In this document: positions 1 through 16,087 of the stretch, in pieces
Position numbering within the stretch: position 1 is the stretch's first letter
Layout of the letters: every line of letters starts with the position of its first letter
DNA from: the human T2T-CHM13v2.0 reference genome, Homo sapiens
Assembly: GCF_009914755.1 (NCBI RefSeq)
Contig: NC_060941.1
DNA length: 64,000 nucleotides
Strand: one strand, 5' to 3'
Made by a program: the position numbers and the translations under genes
The notes under the pieces: generated by a model
Databases searched by the model: none
Seen by the model: the letters and a program-made list of their open reading frames with translations, nothing else
What the model was told of the DNA's origin: nothing

Positions 1-359
1 TATTTAACCATGAATATGATCCTCAAAATTGTGGGAACACCGCCTTAATTTTCATTTTGAACAACCGTAACGGTATTATAAAATGCTAGATTGATTTGTC
101 TAACTTCTTTATTTCCTGTGTGAAAAAAAGTTTACAAATTTAGATGTCTACTCCCACAAAGTAGCTAATTGTCTTTATTAGTATCTACATTGTGTCATTT
201 TCTTAAAGTAATGATTAAGTAATTATATATATGGCTATATTGATCAATGTTTTTGATAAGCATTACTGTATGCAGTTAGCTTGACAAGTGTGCTAATACT
301 TCCCTAAAAGTAGACTGCTAAATAACTGGTATAGGGTTTTCATACTAATCATGTTTTAA

Positions 360-503
<144 letters not shown>

Positions 504-744
504 TATAAAAAGAAATACTGTCCCTACCAAAAACAAATACTTTTATGTACATTCTGAATGCTTTAAGTTCTGCTAGAATTATTGAGATATTTATACATGC
601 AGAGTTACTTTATTAATATTTGTAATTCATGCATAAGAGTATTTTAATGATAGTTATAACTGCAGTATTGGCTAGCATATGGAAAGAAAACAGCTAACAG
701 CCAAACTAAAATGGCTAAATTCCAGAGGCCAAAAGGGAATATTT

Positions 745-762
745 TGTAAATATATGTACATA
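745..762 (+). promoter_or_regulatory. Tandem Pumilio response elements (UGUAHAUA x2) in RHOT1 3' UTR
   Basis: TGTAAATA (745-752), TA, TGTACATA (755-762). Confidence 0.6.
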
Positions 763-1472
763 TTCAGGCAAGATATGGTCTCCCAAGCTGAGTTCTAGAA
801 ATGATGTTTCTAGACATTTCTAAGTGGTATTGTTAGTGCTCACTTGGCTCACTCTTCTAGGTTTAAGTTAGCCCAGAGATTGTATTTACTCATGGATCAC
901 TTTATTTATTTCACATTTACTCAGAATGATCCTTTGGGTTCTATAAGGACATAAGGTACAATTTGCCATTGTCTCTCCATTTTTAAAAACATACAAGTCA
1001 GTGTCAGCTTACCAACATGACATTTTTTCAGTCAGTTGTGGTAGGCCAGCCTTGAAGCCATCGCACAGTCTAGAAACTTGTGTAGCTGAGTGTGCAGCTC
1101 ACCTTTAAGGGTGAAGTTAGGTAAAAGCAATTAGCAGAGGCGTTATCTATGTGATTATGTTGCTTCCTTGTCAGTATGTTGAATTTTATAGCCCTTTCAA
1201 TGAAATAAAAAAAAAATTTGTATATTACCAATGTTTTTAGTTTAAATAAAGAGTCACCCTTACTACTGTTGAATTTCATCCCAAGTGTAAATCATTCTAT
1301 AATGGCTGTGTCTGTTATAGTATATTACAGTAACTGCATGTGTCACCAAGTGTTCTATATCAGGCTAGGATAACCTAGAGGCAGTAATTTTTTAAATGAT
1401 AAAATAAATCTAATGAATATAAACTCTCATGATAAACCTATTTTTTCCATCATCAGCCTTTTCAAGTATTTA

Positions 1473-1478
1473 AATAAA
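1473..1478 (+). terminator. Likely distal polyadenylation signal of RHOT1 (alternatives at 1204, 1245, 1403)
   Basis: AATAAA followed by GT/T-rich downstream sequence (ctgctgtgtactgtgatcttgagttcttttgt). Confidence 0.55.
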
Positions 1479-1565
1479 TAACTGCTGTGTACTGTGATCT
1501 TGAGTTCTTTTGTCATCTAAAGTAAATATTTCTGTACAGATGTGAGTGAAGTCCTCTGGTTTCTA

Positions 1566-1937
<372 letters not shown>

Positions 1938-2179
1938 TTATATATGTAAGAGGAAATTTATTTAAAAGTTGTAGAGAAATCTATTCTGGTAAAAGGCCAA
2001 TTGTTTTCCCTACACATAGCTAATTAATGTGGTTTCTGCTATTGTTTGCATGTTTATTTTCTCCTTTAACATGATTTTTCCTCTTTGCCATTCTGAGGGA
2101 CATTTTCTTACAAGATCACACTTCTTGAGCAACTAGTAACAGTATAGCTTACTAGCTGGCAAAATAACATGACACTTCA

Positions 2180-2344
2180 TTTGTTATTTGTTATTTTTTG
2201 ATAAGGTCTTACTCTGTTGCTCAGGCTAGAGTGCAGTGGCGCGATCATAGCTCACTGCATCCTTGAATTCCTGGGCTCAAGTGATCTTTCCATCTCAGCC
2301 TCCCACAGTGCTGGGATTACAGGTGTGAGCCACCACACCCGGCC
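2180..2344 (-). mobile_element. Alu monomer (FLAM/FRAM-like)
   Basis: Single reverse-oriented Alu arm ending ...gagccaccacacccggcc. Confidence 0.85.
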
Positions 2345-2772
2345 TGACTCCTCATTTTTTATTATTTTCTGAGAATTTCCCACTTACCAAATTTATGTCA
2401 GTTGTATAGTTTGCAATGACAGTTAATTTTTTCCAAGTTCTTTTCTAGTTTGTCTGAAATACTGCTTTAAATGAATATGCTTTATAGATTGTTGTGTTTG
2501 TGAGAAGCAGAGGTAAGAAGCTAGCTTACCAAGAGTTAATAAGTGGTGTGTTTATATATTTAGATATTCTCTCTCCATCTTTTCATTTGGGGAGCTTACA
2601 TTTCTTTGGTTCAGAAGAAGGCAGGGGGCAGCTGCCCTATCTTGCACTTGCTCTGGACACACCCCCTTGCTAAGCTAGCCCCTTTCCTCACTTGTCAATC
2701 ACTCCAGGTGGGGCGAATTAGTAGAGGGAATGCTTACTGTTTTCTCATCTTTAACCTACAGGCACATATGGG

Positions 2773-3076
2773 TTTTTTCTTTCTTTTGGAGACAGAGTCT
2801 TGCTCTGTTGCCAGGGCTGGAATGCAGGGGCGTAATCACAGCTCACTGCAACCTTGACCTTGTGTGCTCAAGCAATCCACCCTCCTCAGCCTCCAAGTAG
2901 CCGGGGCTACAGGCATGTGCCACCACACCTGGCTAATTTTTTAAAAAATTTTTTAGTAGAGATGAGGTCTCACTCTGTTGCACAGGCTGGTCTCAAACTC
3001 CAGAGCTCAAGTGATCCTTCTGCCTGGGATTATAGGTATGAGCTGGGATTATAAGTATGAGCCACCAGGCCTGGCC
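2773..3076 (-). mobile_element. Alu (AluJ-like)
   Basis: Reverse Alu dimer with diverged J-type sequence and a short internal duplication (ctgggattata[g/a]gtatgag x2). Confidence 0.9.
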
Positions 3077-3269
3077 TATTTTTCTTCATTTTGCATCCAC
3101 TTTAGAGACTAGTGAATGTGAGAAAATAATGTGAACACAAGAAAAGGCTTTTTCTGGCTTTTACAGTTTACTCAGGAGATGCAAGCTTTAAGAGTACTAA
3201 GGAGAAATAAAGAAAATAGGAACTTGAGAGTCGAAAGGAGATCTTTCACTTTACACCAGTTGGATTGTC

Positions 3270-3401
3270 TTTTTTTTTTTTCTTTTGAGACAGAGTCTTG
3301 CTCTGTTACCCAGGCTAGAGTGCAGTGGCACAATCATGGCTCATTGCAACCTCAGCCTCCCGAGTAGCTGGGACTACAGGCGCCCACCACCATGCCCGGC
3401 T

Positions 3402-3432
<31 letters not shown>

Positions 3433-3516
3433 GTAGAGACGGGGTTTCACCATGTTGGCCAGGCTGGTCTCAAACTCCTGACCTCAGGTGATCCGCCTGC
3501 CTCAGCTTCCCAAAGC
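3270..3516 (-). mobile_element. Alu, 5'-truncated with an internal deletion
   Basis: Reverse Alu ending at ...cccaaag; ~30 bp missing between caacctc and agcctccc; flanked by ATTGTCTTT at 3264 and 3517. Confidence 0.9.
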
Positions 3517-3525
3517 ATTGTCTTT

Positions 3526-3955
3526 TATTTTTTATTTTTATTTTTTCAACATCTAAGTATTTATTAAGGTGAGTTTTTACAAACAAGCATCTATCCCAGT
3601 GTGCGGGGTGAGGATGGGAGAGGAGAGTGGGGCAGCAGGAAGATGAGGATTCTCATCTTTTGATAATAAAGCTCCAGGTTCATCCCATTGTGGATTTCAT
3701 AGTCCCCCAGAGACACATGGTCCTTAAAAATTGTGTACCACTTCTTCAGGACAATCTTGTTCCAACGGGTGCCAGTTTAGGCTGCAATCAGCTTCTTAAG
3801 GTCCCCGATGGTATCATCCGTGTTGCATTTAACGTGGACCTTTTTCCCCAGACGGTCGTTGCAAACAACCTCGATCATCCTAGCTGGAGCTCGAATTGCC
3901 TTGCATCCTAGCTAGAGCTCAAATCGCCTGGAATCTGTGAGGCCACTAGCTCCTC
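3526..3955 (-). pseudogene. UBL5 (Hub1) processed pseudogene
   Basis: Minus-strand ATG at 3878 reads [72 protein letters not shown]. Intronless; premature TAA (3777-3779) at Q34; AAG (3657-3659) where the parental stop lies; AATAAA (3560-3565) and degraded poly(A) (~3526-3546); 12-bp TSD AGCATTGTCTTT at 3514-3525 and 3956-3967. Confidence 0.95.
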
Positions 3956-4317
3956 AGCATTGTCTTTCAAATGGGCAATTCTGAGGCTGCAGTGCCTTAA
4001 TGAATAATAAGGCAGTTGTGTGAAGAAGCATTGCTTTGAAGGTTTGTAGTCCTAGCATAATGTAGTAACTATATCAGGGATCTGTTGCTTCTTGCTATTC
4101 ATGTCTTTCTCTTTCACATTTGACCAAAAAATGAGCAATTTCTCGCATTGTTGGCACTGATAATGCTACGGTAGGAGTGGGCTCTGATATTAGGAATTTG
4201 GGGAGCACATGACCATTCTGAAATGGCCTATGAAAGTGGTAGGAGGACTTTGGGTATCAGTGCATATATGCACATCATCTGCCAGGGGAAGGCACCAAAG
4301 AAGAAATATACTGATGA

Positions 4318-4637
4318 GGCTGGGCACAGTGGCTCATGCCTGTAATCCCAGCACTTTAGGAGACGAAGGCGGGCGGATCATTTGAGGTCAGGAGTTTGAG
4401 ACCAGCCTGACCAACACGGTGAAACGCTGTCTCTACTAAAAATACAAAAAAAAAAAAAAAAAAAAAAAAAGCCGGGCCTGGTGGCACATGCCTATAATCT
4501 CGGCTACCCAGGAGGCTGAGGCAGGAGAATTCCTTGAACTCAGGAGCTGGAGGTTTCAGTGAGCTGAGATCACACCACTGCACTCCAGCCTGGGCAAGAG
4601 TGAGACCCTGTCTCAAAAAAAAAAAAAAAAAAAAAAA
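4318..4637 (+). mobile_element. Alu (AluS-like)
   Basis: Dimer, poly(A), TSD aagaa[a/c]tatactgatga on both sides. Confidence 0.95.
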
Positions 4638-5459
4638 GAACTATACTGATGAGCCAGTCTTGAATGAAATGAGAACTTTCCCAATCTATGAAGGCAGCTG
4701 AATAATGAATAAAGAGAGGGAAGCAGATGTAAGTGCCCGATCTCTGTGGTAGAGCATAATTCTTTCCTAAACAGGCCCTCAAAATGCACCTGGGGTTGGC
4801 TTTTTTTTTTTTTGCCTATCATTGGCTGTTAGGTTAGTTTTGATGCCCCTTTTGTCTGAATTGCACTAGTAAAAGTCAGTACAAAGATGCCTTTAAAATA
4901 TATGTGCAAATCCTAAAAATAAGTGTGTAATCTAGTTCCATTAACATGTTTATTTGACTTCATACTTTAATATATCTTATTTTTTATTTATTTTTTTAAC
5001 CAACATACCAGATTCCTAAATCATACTTTCACAGTCCACGTGTTTTTAGGAAACTGATTTGGGACTAGATACTTTTTGAGAAATACCACGTCAAGATGCT
5101 AAATTTAATGTTCACAGTATGAGAATGACCCATGCAGGCAGCTTGACCTTTCCAATGCCTTTATCCCCAGATCTACAGTCCAATAACACACTTATTTAAA
5201 CCCCTAAGGTTGCAAGTAATTCATGTCTTTTTAACTCTTTTTATCAAACATTGCTGTCAGTGAGAGCGAGTGTCTGTTAACCTGCTTGGCCCTCAGCTCT
5301 GTGGAAGTCTGACCTGTGAGTATCACAGCTGTGTATCTCAGGTTTCTCTAGTGCATCTCAGTTTCATAAAATATCCTCTTGCTCCCATGGCACTCAGACT
5401 TGTCAGACCATTTGTCCCAGATATTTTGGGTTCAGAAAGTATCTTACTAGAAGGCAAGA

Positions 5460-5620
5460 TTTTATTTTATTTGAGACAGAGTCTCCCAACGGTGCCACTC
5501 GGCTCACTGAAACCTCTGCCTCCCGGCTTCATGTGATTCTCCTGCCTCAGCCTCCTGAGTAGCTGGGATTACAGGCATGTGCCACCATGCCCAGCTAATT
5601 TTTGTTACCACGCCCGGCCA
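5460..5620 (-). mobile_element. Alu fragment (internally deleted)
   Basis: Reverse Alu right-arm sequence with deletions. Confidence 0.8.
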
Positions 5621-5636
5621 ATTTTATCTTCTTTAG

Positions 5637-6145
<509 letters not shown>

Positions 6146-6207
6146 TAATCAACCCTTAGGAGTTTTATTAGGATGACATGAATGTGTATACTGCAGTTTA
6201 AGTTATA

Positions 6208-6892
<685 letters not shown>

Positions 6893-7373
6893 TTAAAAAT
6901 ACTGTAGTCATGTTTTGTTTGTATGAAAACTAAGAGTGGATGTAGGAGTTGTTTGATTTTTTTCACTTTTACTGATCATATTGTTTATAAGAGCACGGTG
7001 CGCCGGCCAACGTGGGGTTAACCTCAAAGAGCAGTTTGATGCTTAGAAGGTAAAGGGAGCATCAATTCCACTTCTTCTGAGGACTCACGTGGAACTGTTC
7101 TTTTGGCACTTTATCTATGCTTGTTTTCAGTTTTCCAGTTGTATAATTGGTATACATGGAAAGTAAAGGAATCCCACGAGAATGTTTAGTTTGAACTCTA
7201 GTTATCTGGGGAATTTACCCCCTTGTGTGCATGAACATGTGATCATGCTTCTTATTTCTTTAAATTTTAAAGCCAAAATTTCAGAGCTTAGATAGCTTAC
7301 ATAGTATAAAGGTCATCTGTCCAACTCCATACTTTCATAGCGTACAGGGAGCACAAAAAGGCGAGAAGTGACA

Positions 7374-7635
7374 GCTCGGTGCAGAGGCTCACGCCTGTAA
7401 TCCCAGCACTTTGGGAGGCCGAGGCAGGAGGATCACGAGGTCAGGAGATCGAGACCATCCTGGCTAACATAGTGAAACCCTGTCTCTACTAAAAATACAA
7501 AAAATTAGCCAGGCATGGTGGCAGGTGCCTGTAGTCCCAGCTACTCTGGAGGCTGAGGCAGGAGAATTGCTTGAACCCAGGAGGCGGAGGTTGCAGTGTG
7601 CCTAAATCGCTGAACTCCAGCCTGGGTGACAGCAA
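7374..7635 (+). mobile_element. Alu, lacking a tail
   Basis: Alu dimer; agaagtgac repeated on both flanks. Confidence 0.9.
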
Positions 7636-8306
7636 GAAGTGACTTACTCAAAGCCACAGTATTAGTTTGTCCTCGAGCTAGGACTGGAACCTAGGTATCT
7701 TGATTCCCAGTTTGGTACTCCTTCCACTGTAGGAGCCAACCTAACGACTGGGCTTTTGTTCCTACCTTTGGTAGATTTGCAATATAGTCTGTGAAAAACA
7801 ATAACAACAACAAAAAAACAGGCCTAAGGGGAAAAAGAGAAAGAAAGAAAAACCCCGCTAAACAGTTTTGACATCTCTATAACTAAAAAGGGTTAAAGTT
7901 GGCAAAGCAAATTTTCTGGAAGCCTTTCATTTCCTCTGAGGCATTCTGCCTTCATTTCTGCTAGCTGTCACTAGGTAATTGATGTGTCTATTGAGAGGAG
8001 TGCAGACACGTGGTTAGGTTTATTTCAGGTACAGATAACTGAGGAGAAGTAAGGATATAACTACTCTTTGAAAAGCACTCTATGATTTTTAATTGTTCTT
8101 AAGTTGTTAATTTTGAAAAAATACTCTTAAAATTTATTCACATTTTATAAATGGAAAAGTACTTGTGTCAGGGGCTTTGATGGGGGAGAACTCCTAGAAT
8201 AAAGTTTTGTCACTAACATTTTTCATCTCTGCTTCTGTAATCTGCCTCCAGGATTTCTATAATTCCAGTGGCATCCAGCCACTTCTATATACCATCTAGA
8301 GAATGA

Positions 8307-8920
<614 letters not shown>

Positions 8921-9532
8921 TAGATATTGAAGGAGTCAAAGAGGTTACAATCTTTGGGGGCAACAAAACTATAAATTTGCTAGCAGTACAGTGGTTAAAA
9001 TTTTTAAGAGAAATTATACATACGAATAATTTTGGTAAAACAATAGAACAACCCCTTCTATGTCTCCCTCTTTCCCCTAGGAAAATTCCAATTCAAATCT
9101 CAAGGCCCTGCAGACCCAGACCCAGACCTTTGCAGCCAAATCTGCACTCTCCCTATCCTACTACAGTCTAACCACAGAGAACTTCCTTCAGTTCTAAGAA
9201 TGTACCTTGCTCATTCTCTTGAGCCCTTTGCAGATGCTTTCTCTCTAGAAGCCTGTCCTCCCAGCTCTTCATCCTTTAGGTCTCAAGGAGGGCCAAGGCC
9301 TGGCTGTCAGCATCCAGGAGCTGAGCCTTGGCATTTAGTGCTCATCTATCCACTTCATCCCCCTGTGCACAGTATGGCACCCCTGCCCTCACCTGTGCTT
9401 TGTCCAGTGATCCTCTCTTGGCCCTCTCTAGAGATTCCATTAAAGAGTGTTAAGCAGGGGAGGGATATACTAGTCAGGTCTCAGCAAATGTCCTTTTCCC
9501 TGACCCCAAGGAACTGAACCTGGGGAAGCTAA

Positions 9533-9946
<414 letters not shown>

Positions 9947-10448
9947 TGTAATTTCATTTTCTTGATTTACACAACCCTTTCTTGAGAAGCAGCTTTACTC
10001 AGTCACTGAGTCCATGTGGAAAGAACTGACTAGCAGCCCTGGAAGCTAAATGATCTCTTAGTGGTAGTGGAAATTCACTAGATTATGGGTTGGGGAGTAG
10101 TAAAGGATTGAGTTAAGAGCTAAGATCTGAGTTTAAATCCCAACTTTGCCACATTCTATGTGCAAGTTACTTGAACTTTCTATTTCCCTCCTAAACAATG
10201 AAGATTGGGATTGTGCACATTTACTGAGATCTGTTCCTGGGGGGTGTTATTTCCCCTTCCCCTTGTCAGGAGAATAGGAGGTCTGCATCCCATATAAAGA
10301 CCCACAGGATGGCAACCCTCTGCCCTTCCTCCTGCACTTGAGCAGAGCTGCACCACTGTGTCTGGAGAGTGGGAGAGGCATGGGTGGCAGCCAGTTTTTT
10401 CTCCTATATGTATCTGAGAAATGTCTTGCTTCTCTTGAGTATTGGAGC

Positions 10449-10821
10449 TGTCTTAGCCTATTCAGGCTGCCATAACAATGTAACAAAATACCATAAACTG
10501 GGCAGCTTATAAACAACACTAATTTATTTCTCACAGTTCTGGAGGCTGGGAGGTCCAAGATTAAGGTACCAGAAGATGCAGTGTCTTGTGAGGGCTCGAT
10601 TCCTGGTTCATAGATGTCACCTTCTCACTGTGTCCTTACATGGTAGAAGGGGCAAAAAGTTCCCTTGGGCCTATTTTATAAGGGCAACTAATCCCATTCA
10701 TGAGGGCTCTACCCTCATGGCCTAATCACCTCCCAAAAGGCCTCACCTAATACTGTCACCTTGGAGGTTAGGATTTCAACATAAGAAATTGGGGTGGGGG
10801 GGATATATTCAGACCATAGCA
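10449..10821. mobile_element. MaLR solo LTR (MLT1A-like)
   Basis: TG...CA termini (tgtcttag...accatagca), MLT1 motifs (ttctcacagttctggaggctggga, taatcacctcccaaa), near-perfect 5-bp TSD ggagc/ggggc. Confidence 0.85.
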
Positions 10822-11047
10822 GGGGCCAATAAAATGTCCCTCACCCCTATTGTCTTGGCAGGCAGCACAAACAGATGAGTTTCCTTATTTCACTGGCTCC
10901 TTTCTCAGTCTTGTGGGCTGCCCGACCTCTGCTCAACCTCTAGGATACTCGAGTACCCCAAGGTTCTGTCCTGAGTTTCCTTATCTTTCTTATCTAGACT
11001 TTGTCTCTAGGTGATCTCATTCAGCACCTTGATTTTGATTTTTTAAC

Positions 11048-11338
11048 TTTTTTTTTTGACAGGGTTTCGCTCTTTTGCCTAGGCTGGAGTGCAGTGGCTC
11101 AATCTCGGCTCACTGCAACCTCCACCTCCTGAGTTCAAGCCATTCTCCCACCTCCTCCTCCTGAGTAGCTGGGATTACAGATGTGCACCACCATACCAGG
11201 CTAACTTTCATATTTTTTTGTAGAGACAGGGTTTCGCCACATTGCCCAGGCTGGTCTCCAACTCTTGGGCTTGAGCAATCAGCCCACCTTAGCCTCCCAA
11301 AGTTCTGGGATTACAGGCGTGAGCCATCGTGCCTGGCC
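11048..11338 (-). mobile_element. Alu (AluJ-like)
   Basis: Reverse dimer; flanks share ct(t)gattttt. Confidence 0.9.
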
Positions 11339-11344
11339 CTGATT

Positions 11345-12800
<1,456 letters not shown>

Positions 12801-12900
12801 CTACTAGCAGCCCCTGGACTTTAAATACAATCCAGCTGCAACTCCTAAATTGCTATCACCAGCCCTGTCCTGATTCCAGAAATCTACACTCTGCTTCTAG

Positions 12901-13227
<327 letters not shown>

Positions 13228-13564
13228 AACTGATTCTAGTTTCTTGCCTGTTGTTTCTTCATGGATATCTGAAGCACCTTAAACAGAACCCTTCGTACCC
13301 AGCAGTAACTGCCCCTTTCCCGATCGTCCCTGTCCTGTTGACTCTACTTCCAATACATGTATCTGTCTACTTATCTCCATCTCCACTCCTACCACCCAGG
13401 GCCAGCCCATCACGACTTCCCACCTGGAATAAATGCAGGATAACCTCCTAATGGCTGCAGCAGTTTCCCAGTTTCTTCTTTTCCTTCCAAAATCCATTCT
13501 CTTTAAGCAGCCATCTTGCCACCCCTACACTTAAATTCTTTCATTATCTTCCTGTCACACTTAA

Positions 13565-13910
<346 letters not shown>

Positions 13911-14156
13911 CTTGTCCTGCTTTTTAAAACCGGACTGCGCTGTTCCTTGCCTGCTTCTCTGAACTCACTGTTTCCAGACCTATTGCCTGCTTCCTTCAGA
14001 GCCTTTGCACTGGCTATTCTCTGCTTGAAACACTCTTCCCTCTTTTTTTAAAAAGCTGCCTCATGCTTGTCACTTAATCTCAGTTTAAATGTTACCTCCT
14101 CAAAGTGGAGCCTTTCCAGATTGTGTAAAGAAACCATCTGGAAACTCAATGTGACA

Positions 14157-14453
14157 GTCGAGTGTGGTGGTTCACACCTGTAATCCCAGCACTTTGGGAG
14201 GCTGAGGTAGGTGGATCACTTGAGGCCAGGAGTTCGAGACCAGCCTGACCAACATGGTGAAACCCTGTCTCTACTAAAAATACAAAAATTAGCTGGGCAT
14301 GGTGGCGGGTGCCTGTAATCCCAGCCACTCGGGAGGCTGAAGCAGGAGAATCACTTGAACCCAGGCGGCAGAGGTTGCAGTGAGCTGAGATCACACCACC
14401 TACTCCAGCCTGGGCGACAAAGCGAGACTCTGTCTCAAAACAAACAAACAAAA
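14157..14453 (+). mobile_element. Alu
   Basis: Dimer with an (AAAC)n tail. Confidence 0.9.
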
Positions 14454-14496
14454 ACTCTATCTGACATCACCTTGATTGTCAGCATCTCACCACCAG

Positions 14497-14762
14497 CCAT
14501 CCTCCCTCCCTCCCTCCCTTTCATCCTATCTCGTTACCTCCCTTCCATCCTCCCTCCCTCCCTCTCTCATTCCCTCCCTCCCTCCCTTCCATCCTCCCTC
14601 CCTCTCTCGTTCCCTCTCTCCCTCCCTCCCTCTCTCTTTCCCTCTCCCTCCCTCCCTCCCATCCTCTCTCCCTCCCTTACTCCCTTCCTTCCTCCCTCCC
14701 TCCCTTCCATCCTCCCTCCCTCCTTCTCTCGTTCCCTCTCTCCCTCCCTTCCTTCCTTTTCC
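14497..14762. repeat. Polypyrimidine/polypurine low-complexity tract, (CCCT/TCCC)n-like
   Basis: ~265 bp almost entirely C/T on the + strand, with recurring cttccatcctccctccc and ctctcgttccctctctccctccc sub-units. Confidence 0.95.
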
Positions 14763-14816
14763 ATGTGTGCTCCTTCATTTGTTGAGGGTCTCCCTCCTGC
14801 TTCAATGTAGGCTTTA

Positions 14817-15149
<333 letters not shown>

Positions 15150-15781
15150 CTATGACTGTCTTAATCACCACTTTATATTCAGGGCCTAGAACAATACTTG
15201 GTACATAGTCGATGCTCAGTAAATATGTTTTGAATCAATGAGTAAATGGACAAATAAATGAACTTTAAGCCATTTGCCTTAAAACTCTATGAAAGTCAGT
15301 GCAGCTTATTGGACTGAGTGAGGAAATAAAGCTAAAGGACAACCAAAATATTTCCTGCAGAGCTGGCTCCAACAACTGAGCTGTGGGGAAGTGCGTCCAC
15401 AAAATCAATGACACAATGTCAGGGACTTGCACAATTCAGAGCCAGGGGTCACAGGCCTCAGACTTGGGGTCTGAGCCTTTCTTCAAGTCGTCTGGTCAAC
15501 TAGGCCTCTTGGCCAGGGCTCAGTGATCTCTCTTCTACTGCTACACTTAGTTTATCACAAGGGATTCTGTTCTGCTTGGTCATTCTTTCCTTCAGAAACA
15601 TGTACTTGGAGCCTCCTTTGTATAAAGTGCTGGGCTGTATGTGGTGAGAAATAGAGATGAAATAGTTATGGGGGAGATGCCTGATTCAAAGATCTTCCAA
15701 TACAATAGGGAGAGGTAATATGTAAATAAGCATCTACTATAGGTAGAAAAATAAGACCTATAAGAGATAAAATCAAGTGCA

Positions 15782-16087
<306 letters not shown>

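Larger units (their letters stand above)
504..1500 (+). other. RHOT1: RHOT1 3' UTR (3' end approximate)
   Basis: AT-rich, repeat-free sequence after the stop, with AATAAA at 1204, 1245, 1403 and 1473 followed by GT/T-rich sequence; the first Alu starts at 1607. Confidence 0.8.

Noticed and set aside
3627-3911. 94-aa + strand ORF
   Set aside because: It is the antisense frame of the UBL5 pseudogene, with no independent coding evidence.
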